Positions 11,970 to 25,575 of a stretch of 58,536 nucleotides of DNA are shown here, piece by piece. Source of the DNA: Macrostomum lignano (Eukaryota); NCBI GenBank assembly GCA_002269645.1, contig NIVC01004138.1, positions 1-58,536 of the forward strand, given 5' to 3'. The stretch's first letter is position 1. Every line of letters begins with the position of its first letter. The position numbers and the translations under genes are program-made. The notes under the pieces were generated by a model that worked only from the letters and a program-made list of their open reading frames with translations, was not told the DNA's origin and did not search any database.

Positions 11970-14900
11970 TGCCAGCGACTACCTGGTGTCTGCAGATCAA
12001 CACCCAGCACTGCGTGGCGGCGTCGGTCAACCTGATGCGCACGGCAGAGCAACAGCTTCCGGGCCTGGTCTTCGTACAGGAGCCCTGGATGACTAAAGGT
12101 AAGCCAAATAATGTGCCATCTGGCTACCACTGTTTTTGCATGGCGGGCTCTCAGCCTCGCCCAAGATCTTGGTCTTTGCTGCAAAAGCTTTTGAGGCATG
12201 GATGAGACCTGATCTCTCGACTGGGGACATCTGTGTTGTTCAAATCAATAACCTCATTCCCAATAAACCTGTGCTGGTAGCTTCTGCCTATTTCCCGGGC
12301 GATGCCCCAGTTGTCTGCGACGCGTTAGTCAACCTTACTGACTATGCTGCGTCCCATCGGTTCGAGCTGCTCATTGCAGGGGATGTGAACGCACACCACC
12401 TGCATTGGGGCAGCAAGAACATCAATAGCAGAGGCGAGGAGCTGCTGGCCTATGTCAGCAGCACTAACCTCAACTTCTGTAACGTGGGCAATGCACCAAC
12501 GTTCAATAATGGGCGGTGGGCCGAAGTCATCGACACCACCATCGCCTCACCCGGACTGCTTTCCGCAGTTACGGGCTGGCGAGTGTGGGACGAGGACTCG
12601 CTCTCGGACCACCGCTTTATCCGCTTTTGCATTGGGCCGACCAAGCAAAAGCCTAAGGTCACTTGGAGTCGGAACGTCAGGAACACCGATTGGGCCGCCT
12701 TTGGCTCGAAGCTGAGCCGCGGCCTTCGGGATCTTGACCCCCCCAGTGACCTCTCTGACTGCCAGGTGGTGGACGATCTCGCCTCCTCCCTGGGCGGGGC
12801 GATCACCACTGCCTTTGAAGCAGCCTGCCCCCTAAAGGCCTATAAAGGCAAGAAATCTGCTCCCTGGTGGAACCCAGAGCTCGGGGCCCTTCGGCGCCGA
12901 GCCAGGACCCTCCAAAGGCGAGCGCTCAAAACCAAAGACCCATCTGACAGAGAGGCCTATACCCGTGCGATCCACGAGTTTAAGGGCCAAGTCAGAAGGG
13001 CCAAGACGGCCAAGTGGCGCCAATATTGCGAAGGGCTTGAGGGCTCTCGCCCCGTAGCCCGCGTGGTTAAGGCACTCACTAATGACCGTTTTTCTAAACT
13101 CTCTGTTGTGAAGAGACCTGACGGCTCGGTCACAGAGAGTTCGGAAGAGACTCTAGAGCTCATGCTCAACAGTTTTTTCCCTAAATCTCCGACTCAGCAG
13201 GGCCCGCCCGACCACACAGTGGGAGGGCAAGGCCTAGCAAAGTCTATGATCACCAAAGACCGCATTATTAGAGCGGCAAGGTCCTTTAACCCGTTCAAGG
13301 CGCCTGGGCCCGACGGCATCTACCCAGCGTTCTTGCACGAGGCGGTGAAAAACCACCGCTTCCTGGACCTGCTCTGTCGTCTCCTTCGAGCTTGTGTGGA
13401 GCTGGGCTATGTACCAGTTGCATGGAGAGAGGCCCGGGTGGTCTTTATCCCCAAGCCTGGAAAGAGCGACTACCAATCGGTGAAGGCCTTCAGGCCTATC
13501 AGCCTCACTTCTTTCTGCCTCAAGCTCCTCGAGAGACTGGTGCTTTGGCGCCTACTTTCGGTCGAGCTGAAGCGCTTCCCACTCTCGCAGAACCAGCACG
13601 CCTTCCGCGCGGGCAGGTCAACCGAGAGTGCTCTCCATGTCATTGTTGACTTCCTGGAGAGGGCCGTTCTTGGCAGCGGCTTTGCCCTCTCGCTTTTCCT
13701 GGACATTGAGGGGGCCTTCGACAACGTCATCTTCGAGGCCTTTTGCAGAGCCCTGGAATCCAGGGCCACGCACCCTCACCTTGTCCGGTGGATCATGTTC
13801 ATGATCCGAAACCGCACTGTTGTGGCCCACCTGAGCGGCAGCTCTCTTTCGGTGCCTGTCCTGAAAGGGGGCCCCCAGGGCGGCGTTCTCACCCCCGTTC
13901 TCTGGAACATGGTCATGGATGAGTTGCTTTGCAGTGATCTCCACGACCCCATTCTCAAGGTGGGCTATGCCGATGATGTGACCGCGATATGCGCGGGCCC
14001 CTCGGTTGATACCATCAGAGACCTTCTGCAGGGCTTTCTGGGACGAGCGGAGCGTTGGGCAGACCAATGTGGCCTTAGACTCTCAGAGTCGAAAACCACA
14101 GCAGTCATGTTTACCAACAAACTGCTCTGGACCATTAAGCCCCTCACCCTCTATGGAAAGAATATTTCCATGGAGAAGCAGGTCCGCTGCCTGGGCCTCA
14201 CTCTGGACCACAGGCTTAACTGGACTCCGCACATTCAAACTAAAGCCAAAAAAGCCCTGGCTGTACTGGCTCAGATCAGGCGCGCCGTGGGCACCACCTG
14301 GGGGCTCACCCCCAGGAAGCTGTGGTGGATTTACACTGCCATCATCCGCCCCTCGATCAGTTACGCCAGCCTCGTGTGGGCTAGCGGCCTGAGCGTCAAG
14401 AGCAACCTCGACGCTCTCTACAAAATCCAGGGCAGAGCCTGCCGCATGACTATGGGCGCTCCACCCTCTACTCCTTTTGAAGGCATGAATGCCTTCCTCT
14501 GTGCCCCTCCTTTGGATATTTATATCAAAGGAGAGGCGGCGAAGAGCACCCGGCGTCTTCTGGATGCTGGGGTGGCCTTCAAGAAAGTGCGGGCCTTTAA
14601 GAAGCGGTCGCTTATCCCGCACTCTGACCTCTGCCTCAAGGCTCTCGAGGAGTGTGGCGGGCTCAACATCCTCACGGACTCGATCCCAGCCACCCTTCTC
14701 CTGAGCCAAAGGTATAAGGTCACCATTCAGCCTCGACACGAGGCGAGTGACAGCTGGAGCGACTCTGAAGTCCACTGTTACACTGACGGCTCTATGAGGC
14801 ATGGTCTTTCAGGCTTCGGAGCTTGCGTCTTCTTCAAGGGAGAAGTGGTGTGGAACTACTCCCAGCACACTGGGCTCAACTCCAGTGTTTTTCAGAGCGA

Positions 14901-15669
14901 GGTGCTTGCCATCAGCTCCTGCGCGGCAGAGCTGCGCCGAAGGCAGCTTAGCGGCCGGAAATTTATTTTTCACTCTGACAGCCAAGCAGCCCTTCGGGCC
15001 CTCTGCCGCAGCACCGCCAGCTCCAGGTCCGTCCTGGACTGCAACACCCAGCTCAACGGGCTTGCGCTAGGCAACCAGGTGGAGCTCAGATGGATCCCGG
15101 GCCACGCCGGCTTCCTCGGCAACGAGCGCGCTGACCTGCTGGCCAAGGCTGGCTCCGCCGGCGCGCTATTGGGGCCGGGCCCGGGTGCCCCCATCCCCGC
15201 CTCGGTGATCAATTCCCGCGTTAAGCGCTGGGCTGACTCCGAGCATCTCCGCAGGTGGCACGACACCCGGAATTGTAGGCAATCCCGTGCTGCCGTCCCC
15301 TGTCCCTCTCCTCTCCTGCGTAGAGCCCTCCTCAGGCTCAACCGCAGAGACCTCAGAGCAGTTAGCATGGCCCTCTCCGGGCATGGCTGCTTCTCTCGCC
15401 ACCGCTTCCTTCAGGGCCAAGTACCCGAGGAGCGGTGCCCCTTCTGCCGCTCAGGCAGTGAAAACGCCGAGCATTTTATCTGCCACTGCCCGGTTTTCAC
15501 CAGGGCCAGGCTTACTCACCTCGGGCCAAACCCGGTTCTCTCCGACGTTTGCAGGCCCGAGAGCATCCCGCTGCTCGCCCGGTACCTCAGGGACACCGGA
15601 CGAGCTGATTTCTTCCCCACCGTCGGTGAGGAGGACCGCGCTGCAGGCGAGACCGACGGGTCCCCCTGA
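11966..15669 (+). CDS. LINE ORF2: APE endonuclease, reverse transcriptase, RNase H, C-terminal Cys/His motif; one frameshift near 12160
   Basis: APE: LQINTQH, FVQEPW, GDVNAHH, SDHRFI. RT: KAPGPDG, FRPISL, QHAFR, LDIEGAFD, PQGGVLTP, YADD. RNase H: YTDGS, SVFQSE, SDSQAA, WIPGH, GNERAD. C-terminus: CPFC...EHFICHC. Confidence 0.95.
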
Positions 15670-15784
15670 GCGACACCACTTCAACGGAAGTCGTTGGTCG
15701 CCAGGGGCTAGCGGAATGGGCGGTCTCCTCCGCCTCCTCGCTGCATCCGCCGGACGCCCCCTGCAGCTAAGTCAAGTAAGTCAA

Positions 15785-15890
15785 GACACCAGACTGACAC
15801 AGTGACACCAGACTGACACAGTGACACCAGTCTGAGTGACACCAGTATGACACAGTGACACCAGTCTGACACAGTGACACCAGTCTGACT
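15785..15890. repeat. 19-bp minisatellite, right part
   Basis: Same unit as 9580-9972. Confidence 0.92.
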
Positions 15891-16431
15891 GTGTCATACT
15901 GTGTATGACCCTATGACTCTTATCTGCGACCCAAAGCATCTAAAGAAAGTTTTATTACGAGCATAATAAAAGCTGAGGTCCTTTATCAATTAGTCTCGTG
16001 TTAAACTTCATGGTGCAGCACTGAGTCAGCCGGGCACATTGCTGAGGGTGACGGGTTGGCGGCAAAACCAATAAAACTTTGGCTGACACAGGATTAATGC
16101 TTTCGTGCAGTTGGGGGAGGGGGGGCGGCAAGGCAGTTCCCTCAAGACGAATTAACACTTGATTCGTTTCCGGCTCCAACAAACCCTTCGGCTTAGAGAA
16201 GAGGAAGGCAGCTTCGAAACAGAAAGATAGCATCGTAAATTCGAGCCTGCACTCGCAATAAAATTCTAATATGCAAAATTGGGATTAATTATTTTGAAAG
16301 CGAACGAATCTAAGCGGTTGAGTAGTTAGTTTTAGGCCCCTGTTCTCAGACTCAAAATATGGATTATGGCCAGTTCAAGGCGTATGTGCGAATCCTAAAT
16401 GCTTTGTTAGTTTAAGCTCTTAGCTAGAGAT

Positions 16432-16905
16432 GTGCCTTCCCTGAGAATTGTCAGTGTGTTCTCCCTGAGATTTGTCAGTGTGCCCTCCCTGAGAATTGTC
16501 AGTGTGCCCTCTCTGAGATTTGTCAGTGTGCCCTCTCTGAGATTTGTCAGTGTGCCCTCCCTGAGATTTGTCAGTGTGCCCTCCCTGAGATTTGTCAGTG
16601 TGCCCTCCCTGAGATTTGTCAGTGTGCCCTCCCTGAGATTTGTCAGTGTGCCCTCCCTGAGATTTGTCAGTGTGCCCTCCCTGAGAATTGTCAGTGTGCC
16701 CTCCCTGAGATTTGTCAGTGTGCCCTCCCTGAGATTTGTCAGTGTGCCCTCCCTGAGATTTGTCAGTGTGCCCTCCCTGAGATTTGTCAGTGTGCCCTCC
16801 CTGAGATTTGTCAGTGTGCCCTCCCTGAGATTTGTCAGTGTGTTCTCCCTGAGATTTGTCAGTGTGCCCTCTCTGAGACTTGTCAGTGTGCCCTCTCTGA
16901 GACTT
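16432..16905. repeat. 24-bp minisatellite
   Basis: Unit CTGAGATTTGTCAGTGTGCCCTCC, about 20 copies. Confidence 0.97.
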
Positions 16906-17589
16906 GTACACAAAGTCGTCCTGAGATTAAATTCCTACCTGAGATTTTCAATTCCCTCACGTCGCCCTGAGACTTAACTCAGACTGTTTTTTTAAATTGG
17001 CTGCCCCCTAAAGCGCTTTATAGACAGCAGTTCTATTATCTTAGCCTATCAACCCTGTACAAGACGATACCTCCTTATCTATAAAATTTTTTTTACATCT
17101 GGAACCTTATCTATTCTATCATATCTTTCTGCGTTCTGAACTCAGATTATTGCTCATAAGTTATCCATGATAGCAAAGTCAGTTTGCAATTTTATTACTA
17201 TACGCTGGATTTGAGACAGGGCTCAAATGAAAGACAAAGCATGGATTTCCGGATGAAGAATCTGGAGTTCTGAATTATTTTCCACATCGAAGAATTCTAA
17301 AACCGGCAGGCTAAATTCTTTCGATCAGCATTTAATTTCCAATCCAGATCGCTATTGTCAGCAGTCCATGCTCACGCCGCGTCAGCTGTACAGCGCAGTT
17401 TCTGATTCCGGGGTTCACGCTCCGAGAGAGCTTGTCTTGCCTTGAAATCTGAAGCTGAGGGCAAACTCGACCCCACAGTTCATCATGGGCTTTCGGGCCT
17501 TAGAGTTTTATTGCTTCTACGCATGAATTTCAACGCTGAAAACTGGTTTTATGGTTAACTTTGTCTCTGACGGGGCCTTTTCCTTGCTG

Positions 17590-17965
<376 letters not shown>

Positions 17966-19714
17966 ATCTAAAGTTATACAGCGTTTTGAAACTACGTTTA
18001 GACTACTGTAAGTAGTTAAATGCTAACGCAGCTTTGAAGTGAGGAATTATTTTTTAAGTCAACAGTTCCGACCAGAATGGTAGAAACGTTCGAACAAAGT
18101 AAATTTTTAATAGTAAAGAAAGAAGGAATGGTCCAAGGAGCTGCGTATCGACATCAACTCAACAAAAGAACTGAGTTCTGTCTTTTCTCAAGGGTCCAGC
18201 GAGCGATTTCCTTTCCAACGAGGCCGCGAACATAGAAATGGGGTGTAGGTATGACAATCAGGGTGGAGGCCTCCAAAAGATTACACGATCTTTGAGCCGT
18301 CCTGTTATACAGCAGTTAGTGGTCCTTGGAGTGGTCCTTGAAAATTAATCTGAGGGGATCGCGGGTTTGCAAAGGAGATGGTGCAGCTTATAGGCAGCCC
18401 GAGACAGATTATATTAAACAGAACCTTCTCAATTCAGTCAGAGCCAAAGTGTCTATGGACAAACCTGCATGTTCCTAACCAATTGAACTATTCATACAAA
18501 GTATAATCCTGTGCTAAAAGGACCTGTGCTGGACCTTTCATACACAAAAGAAGTCCGAACGAGACTGACCCTTTCAAATCAAACATAATGGCTGATGGGA
18601 GGGAGGGAAGACAACAGAGGAAGAAGTGTAAGACGAACCGCTTGAAGAGGAAGGCGAGGAGGCTAAAGATGGTGAAAATCGAAAAAAGCTTGACGGAATG
18701 CTTGAGAGACTAGCTGAGGATGTCCAGCAGTTGAGGTTTGTTCGCTATCGAGGCTTGATCAGCGAAACTTGAGAAATTTGCATCAATGTGTTCATAGCCA
18801 CATGGTGCCACCTGTTGAAGGTCCAGTGACCAACGAAGTCAGAGCTGATGCATGCAGACACATGTGGTCGACGTGTAGATGAAATTTGGAGGCTTGTCAA
18901 GTCTGCACTGAGGCGCAGTGCTGATTAGCTCACAAGGGTGTGCTGAATACACTAGCGCTTATGGGAAAAATCCTACCTTCTGGCAGAATCGTCGAATATC
19001 TCGACGGTCCGAATGGGTGGGCGACTTGATTCTTGCTTGAGAAGGTGCGCAACAAAAAGTCTGTCCGTGTTCTGGAATTTCGTGTGCCTGCGTTGCTCCG
19101 TTCCGGCGCAGCAAGACAAATTGTCCCCCCTCTTGGTATCTCGACGGGCGGAAAAATGGCTCCGTACTCCTACTTTTAAGACAAAATCCTCACGTCTGCA
19201 TCAGTGTCTGAATTGATGTTCCACTTGTTTGAATAAAAATGGAGTTTTCTCAAAATCGGAGTTAAACAGGTGCATTTCCTCATTGGGATCTATAGCCACT
19301 CTCTAGCTGTGGCACTCCACAGCCAACAACAACATCAACAACCAGGGTTCTATCCATCTACGAGGGCTACATGCACGAGCTAGTTAGTACAGAGTGCAGA
19401 CTGCATGGTCCGCCACCCGAAGGCGTACAAGTGCGCACTAAGATTGTGTGCGAGTGATCGCCAGGGAACGCTATATTAGGGAGAAAATTGTTTTCTATAT
19501 AAGTATGTATTCAGACACTGAGGAGGGAGCGGGGTATGCGGAACTGATTAGTACTTGTTGGTCTGAAATCCCCATCAAACGCGTGGGTTGTCTACACGTA
19601 TAGCTAGGTAGTGGTGAATCAGTTTGCTGTCTACCTGCACAAGAGATTAGTGGGATTTTATAGTGGCACTTCAATTTGGCTTCCCCAACGCCCACACTCT
19701 CTCTGACACCTACA

Positions 19715-20630
19715 ATGTGGCTCTCAGTGGCTCTCTGTGACACTGTGGCTCTCTTTGACACTGTGGCTCTCTTTGACACTGTGGCTCTCTTTGACACTGT
19801 GGCTCTCTCTGACACCCTCACTGTGGCTCTCTTTGACACTGTGGCTCTCTGTGACACTGTGGCTCTCTTTGACACTGTGGCTCTCTTTGACACTGTGGCT
19901 CTCTCTGACACCCTCACTGTGGCTGTCTTTGACACTGTGGCTCTCTTTGACACTGGCTCTCTTTGACACTGTGGCTCTCTCTGACACCCTCACTGTGGCT
20001 GTCTTTGACACTGTGGCTCTCTTTGACACTGTGGCTCTCTTTGACACTGTGGCTCTCTCTGACACCCTCACTGTGGCTGTCTTTGACACTGTGGCTCTCT
20101 TTGACACTGTGGCTCTCTTTGACACTGTGGCTCTCTTTGACACTGTGGCTCTCTTTGACACTGTGGCTCTCTTTGACACTGTGGCTCTCTTTGACACTGT
20201 GGCTCTCTCTGACACCCTCACTGTGGCTCTCTTTGACACTGTGGCTCTCTGTGACACTGTGGCTCTCTTTGACACTGTGGCTCTCTTTGACACTGTGGCT
20301 CTCTCTGACACCCTCACTGTGGCTGTCTTTGACACTGTGGCTCTCTTTGACACTGTGGCTCTCTTTGACACTGTGGCTCTCTCTGACACCCTCACTGTGG
20401 CTGTCTTTGACACTGTGGCTCTCTTTGACACTGTGGCTCTCTTTGACACTGTGGCTCTCTCTGACACCCTCACTGTGGCTGTCTTTGACACTGTGGCTCT
20501 CTTTGACACTGTGGCTCTCTTTGACACTGTGGCTCTCTTTGACACTGTGGCTCTCTCTGACACCCTCACTGTGGCTCTCTCTGACACCCTCACTGTGGCT
20601 CTCTGACAACCTCACTGTGGCTCTCCTGAC
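19715..20630. repeat. 18/24-bp minisatellite with higher-order pattern
   Basis: GACACTGTGGCTCTCTTT units interspersed with GACACCCTCACTGTGGCT variants. Confidence 0.97.
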
Positions 20631-22168
20631 TCCCCTGAATAACCATCAAAGTTTTCTTACCTTCGAAGTAAACTCGAAAAAATCGTATAGCTCGTAATTG
20701 TCGTCGCGAATATCCAGTGAGTAAGTTGCAATCCCCTGGTCGAAACGGAGACTTCAAACAAAAAAACTCGAAGACAGGATTTTTGCCCCACCCTGGGGGT
20801 GCGAAATCGAGAGAAGATCTCGAGAGAAGAGAAGACGCGCAGGTGAATTCTAAGCCGAAAGGATATTTTTCCACTTGTTCGCTCTGCTTTTTACGGTTTT
20901 GTTTTCACAGGTATAGAAGCGAAGTTAGTCGAACGAACGGTCCAATAGAAACTGAGGGGAAGGCATGAAAGGGTCAGAGGGGGAGGGAAGAAAGGAAGCA
21001 ATGTTGAAATGAAACTGGATACAAATATTCGCCGTCACGGATTCTAACAAAATTCAACCCAGCGCAACCAGTGGACACTTGCTTTCATGGAGCGCAAGTC
21101 GAACTTACATTTGGAGTGACTCTTCGTTCCTGCGAATTACTTTCGTCTCTGGTGAAACACTCTCTAGATTTAGAACTCCATGTCGTATCTTCCAACGCGT
21201 TGTTCCACCACATATTGGCCTAATTAGCTCCCGTAGGCTCCCTTAGGACCTGGCTTGGGCATTCATTCGTCATAAATTCCCATTTTGCCTGTCGGAGGTC
21301 AGCAACGGAATTGAAGGTCGGTGCCGGTGCTTTTGTATTTCCTCGTCGCTGCGGCAACTGTCCAATCCAATTTTCCTGCGCTGGAGGGAGCCAACCAAGA
21401 TTCACTGGCTCGGACTTTATTCTCGTTTTACTTTGACCTCGGTTGGCTCGGCTCTCGCCCTGCGCGCGGCAATCCAGGTTCTAATTGCTATGGTCATAAA
21501 AAAGTCGAATGCAGAATGCAATGTACTTGAAGAAAAATGTTATAACCGCGTCGCTTCTGCTTTGAAGTTTCACAAATTACTATTTACTAAGATTATCAGT
21601 GCGTACATCTGTTTTTGTTTTGTTTTTCAAGGGGTTATTAACTAACATAATACATTCTTTTTCTTATACGAGCTAAATTCTGTAACAAGTCGCTATTTTA
21701 AGGGTGTTAATCAATAGAGTCAAACACTGATAAGTAATCGATAATGTCTTGATTGATTTTTATTAAATTTAGCGATATTAATCGCAAATTTAATTTGATT
21801 TTAAAGTGCTCGAAGAAATTTATTTCACTTTTTGTAAGTCGCCACTTTGGCCACTGAAACAGCAATTCAAATTCCGTTTATAATTTTTGGCATTATCTCA
21901 GGTGCAAAAAATATTTAGATCTAGTCACGTTCTTTCATATAATCATTAAATCCTACAATTGAATGTCTTGGAAAATTCACCACTTTGATGCATCATCGAA
22001 TGGACGAGTATTACTCTTCTAGCCTTCGAATAGGTGTCTAAAGACTTTGAGCACTATTGTTGAGCAGTCCGTATGAAGAACGCCATTTTGGAATCGACAT
22101 TAAATCTATCCAAATATGGAACTGCCGCAGCTGATTCTTTGCTTAGAATGTTTAGAACCTTTGCTTAC

Positions 22169-22329
22169 TTCAACCCGTGTACTAATTAGGTCAGCCTCCG
22201 TGTACATTCGCCCACTGGTTATTAGTTGAAAACTTTCATCCACTGACAGATTTTGACAGAAATTCCCGTTAAAAAAATCACCAAGCTGCCTTGCAATTTC
22301 CTGTACTACAGCGGCAAAATCCCAGTAAT
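22169..22329 (-). CDS. Probable internal exon of an unknown host gene
   Basis: TTGCCAG acceptor and GTAAGC donor; 161 nt, phase 1 to 0; YWDFAAVVQEIARQLGDFF...STRVE. Phase-compatible with 22931-23453. Confidence 0.5.
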
Positions 22330-22443
22330 CTGGCAAAGAGGCGTGATAGTACGGAGGTGACAGGAACATCAGAGGTAGTAGGATGACGCGGTTCGTTCTG
22401 TCGCTTGCAACGACAGTAACTTGAGTAGACAATAGAGAAGAGG

Positions 22444-22800
22444 GGGGCCGTAGCCCAGCGGTAGCGCAGCTGCTCTCGTGTGCCAGCGACCCAGGCTCGA
22501 TTCCAAGTGCAGTCACATTAATTTGGGGCTAAATTGGAATCTCGGCTTGGCTCTGCTCGTGCAATTAACGGCCTTGAGAGCCAACCCCCCAAGGCGCAGT
22601 GAAGTGTACATGCCTAACGATAATATAAAGTTAGGGCTGCTGTACACTCCTGTGTGAGTGTGTGCCTGCGTACGTATCCGCGCGCTTGTATGCCTGCTCA
22701 GGGGAGTCGGCGGAATGGGCAGTAATGTAATGCCTCTCGCCGGTTGTGTGTCTATGTCGCTTAAAGTGCACACAACCCCCCTGCCTCTAATAAAAAAAGA
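22444..22800 (+). mobile_element. tRNA-derived SINE family A, full-length, intronic
   Basis: A-box-like TAGCCCAGCGG and B-box-like GGCTCGATTCC, A-rich end; related copies at 113 and 25730. Confidence 0.75.
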
Positions 22801-22930
22801 CAATAGCGAAACAAAGTCGAAGCAGGTCCGAACTCTTGAGCTATTAAGCGGAGCAATAAGCCCGTACTGCTGACTGGCTTTAAGCGCTATGACAAGCGTC
22901 CTACCAAATGATCTAACTGCTTTGACGTAC

Positions 22931-23453
22931 GAATTTCATCTTCGAGTCTACCGAATTCTTCAGCAGCTAGCCGAAGCTGCTGTTTAAAGTCTGAGCTATC
23001 CCATTTTTCCCAAGCAACTTCAAATTCGATTATTTTATCGTCTGCAGATAATGTTTTGCAAGCTCTGGGCGAACTATTGACAATCTTATCGGTCAGAAAC
23101 TGCTTGAACTCGTCCTTTATTGGCAAGGCGTAGGTCTTGCTGTACATGTTTGAAACAACGGGTTCTAGGTGCTTGCTAGTCAGTTGGATGCATCCAACGG
23201 AATTTAAATCGCGGCGCAGTCGCACAGAATCGCGTTTTGTCACGCCCTGGCCAAAAAGATTCTGTCTCAGGCAATGCGGAAGAAAGTCCCTAAAGCCAAC
23301 CAACCAATCAAAAGTCAGAAACGCAACTTTATCAGACGCCAAGTCGCCTCCGGGCAATTCGTGATCCTTAAAATAGTTTACAAAGCCAGTCGCGACAGCT
23401 GGGTTTTCCAGATGAACTATTATTTGACTCACATCATCCTTGTCGAGCAGCGA
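22931..23453 (-). CDS. Probable exon of the same unknown host gene
   Basis: TTTCAG acceptor and GTACGT donor; 523 nt open (SLLDKDDVSQIIVHLEN...RLEDEI); ends in phase 1. Confidence 0.5.
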
Positions 23454-23644
23454 CTGAAACAGAATTAACCATGAGAAGTATCGATCTTCACTGGTCTTGG
23501 CACATCGAGTGATATTTTCAAGGCAACAATCTTGGACCCGAATGCAAGAGTATTATTTAGTTGTCTCAACATTTGAAAATGTATCCAATATGAGGCATGA
23601 TTTTAGGAGTGGCTTTCTCTGCTTCGGAGGGGACAAAGAAAGGG

Positions 23645-24075
23645 GTTGGGCGCTGTCCATTTGGGGGGGGGGCGTTGTCCTTAGGGGCGCTGTCTTCAGG
23701 GGGGCGCTATCCTTAGGGCGCACTGTCCTTAGGAGGGGGGGTGCGCTGTCCTTAGGAGGGGAGCGCTGTCCTTTGCAGGGGGGACGCTGTCCTTTGCAGG
23801 GGGTGCGCTGTCCTTAGGGGGGAGGACGCTGTCCTTAGGAGGGGAGCGCTGTCCTTTGCAGGGGGGACGCTGTCCTTTGCAGGGGGTGCGCTGTCCTTAG
23901 GGGGAGGACGCTGTCCTTAGGAGGGGAGCGCTGTCCTTTGCAGGGGGGACGCTGTCCTTTGCAGGGGGTGCGCTGTCCTTAGGAGGGGAGCGCTGTCCTT
24001 TGAAGGGGGGACGCTGTCCTTTGGAGGGAGGACGCTGTCCTTAGGAGGGGAGCACTGTCCTTTAGGTTGGGGGCG
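23645..24075. repeat. ~20-bp G-rich minisatellite
   Basis: Units like GGGGGACGCTGTCCTTTGCA and GGAGGGGAGCGCTGTCCTT. Confidence 0.9.
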
Positions 24076-24594
24076 CTGCCTAGCCGCCTAGATGATGTGT
24101 AGGACAAGTGACAATCGACATTAGACATTGGACATTATACACTATATGCTACTTGACAAAGTAGCTTAAAATAACGTACTTTAAATGGCAACTAGTGCCG
24201 AATAATTTCTGCTGTAATCATTCAAATTTCCCTAAAATGCTACCCGTGTATTTGACCGATGTTCTTGCATGCACAAGTTGTAATGAGAAAAAAACAATAT
24301 TGAGTTCACAGGATGAGCATCGAGTTGCAAAAAAAGTACGCACAGACCGTGAAATTTGTATTTTTAACCGTACGAGCTCGTAATTTGACTGTACGAGCTC
24401 AAATGATTGCAAACGCAGTTTCAGCCTGGAAACCCCGACCTTTTTTAGTATTCTGCTATTGTTCTAGGGTAGCACATGCTTGGAAAGATTAGAAGTATTT
24501 TTATGCTTGCGATTTTAAAATCGCAACGTAGAACCGGTCTCGGGTGAAAAAACTCGCACTATTTCATGGTCTAAAATAAAACAAATAATAAAAT

Positions 24595-24900
24595 AATTGA
24601 TTACACCTGTCCTAATAGGCCGATATGCAACCGACAGCTCAGCCGCAGCTATTGCAGGACGTACCTGAAGGCTGCGTACGGCTGTTCAGTCCAAGGACTG
24701 GGGGGTCGCCACACACACCCTCAATTACCTCAATTACCCCAGCTAATGCTGGCACCCATTTTACAACTGGGTGAACTGAAGCAATGCAGAGTTAAGTGTC
24801 TTGCTCAAGGACACAAATTATTCAGAGTGAATCGAGAATCGAACCCCCGACCTTTCAGTCGCAAGTTCGACGCTCAAACCTCTAGGCTACAACCTCTCCT
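24595..24900 (-). mobile_element. tRNA-derived CORE-like SINE family B
   Basis: Minus strand shows a tRNA-like head (GGTTCGATTC), then TGTGTCCTTGAGCAAGACACTTAAC...CTTCAGTTCACCCAGTTGTAAAATGGG. Three copies in the window. Confidence 0.8.
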
Positions 24901-25032
24901 CAATGGTCTAAAAATGGATTAAAACCTACTAATAAAATAATGTAAGATGGCGCGTAGTTTGACTTATGCAAAAAAGATAAGCAATTCCAGTGGTTCCAAA
25001 CTGGTAGAAGAATCAAAGCATGAGTAAGCTGA

Positions 25033-25575
25033 TTAAACGTAGCTGATGACAGCGTCGGATCCGCTGCGACAGTCGCTCGCCATGCGAGCCGGCAGTGTCG
25101 AGGAGGCGACCGAGCGAGAGAACGCCGACTCACTGAGCTGCCTGGTCAGCAGCGGTTGAGTTGTTCCATCGGCCGACACCTGCACTGCAGTACGACGCGC
25201 CTGTTGCTGCAGAGTCTTCACGGCCACAACTCGCCTAGCCGTGGGACCGACGTTGATCGTTGATCCTCCTTGACTGCGCGGAACGCCGTCGACTGCAGAA
25301 GCGCTGAACGTCTGTCCAAGCGGCGTCTTTATTGGAGGTTGCGGCAGCTGCGGCAGCTGCTGCAGATTGATGCCGCCCTCGGCAACAACAGCGTAGGTTG
25401 GCAACCGTTGCGGGCTGATGGCCTCCAGCGTGTGGTGCCGGTGGAATGGCTTCGGCGGTTTTGGCCGCATCGGGCGGAGGCCACACAGCTCCGCGCTGCC
25501 GCCCTGCTCCTCGATGGCTTCCAGTTCGCGTTCCAGTTCCTCGGCGTACAGGCGCTGAAGATGCGCGATTCTTGC
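25033..25575 (-). CDS. Last coding exon (cytoplasmic tail) of the FN3-TM host gene
   Basis: TTGCAG acceptor, phase 0, 543 nt to the stop; ARIAHLQRLYAEELERELEAIEE... joins 28777-29045 in frame. Confidence 0.6.
   Translation of the reverse strand, partial: ARIAHLQRLYAEELERELEAIEEQGGSAELCGLRPMRPKPPKPFHRHHTLEAISPQRLPTYAVVAEGGINLQQLPQLPQPPIKTPLGQTFSASAVDGVPRSQGGSTINVGPTARRVVAVKTLQQQARRTAVQVSADGTTQPLLTRQLSESAFSRSVASSTLPARMASDCRSGSDAVISYV

Larger units (their letters stand above)
9973..15784 (+). mobile_element. Full-length non-LTR retrotransposon, I-group (LOA-like), with RNase H
   Basis: Two ORFs; 3' tail (TAAGTCAAG)2; candidate TSD GACACCAGACT at 9962-9972 and 15785-15795. A sharp GC-rich block interrupting the satellite. 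Confidence 0.93.

Noticed and set aside
18590-18760. Acidic open segment (EPLEEEGEEAKDGE)
   Set aside because: Short and purine-rich, with no supported start or acceptor.
22444-22515. tRNA gene (also the heads of SINE B)
   Set aside because: A/B boxes are present but there is no convincing cloverleaf; each is followed by a SINE body.
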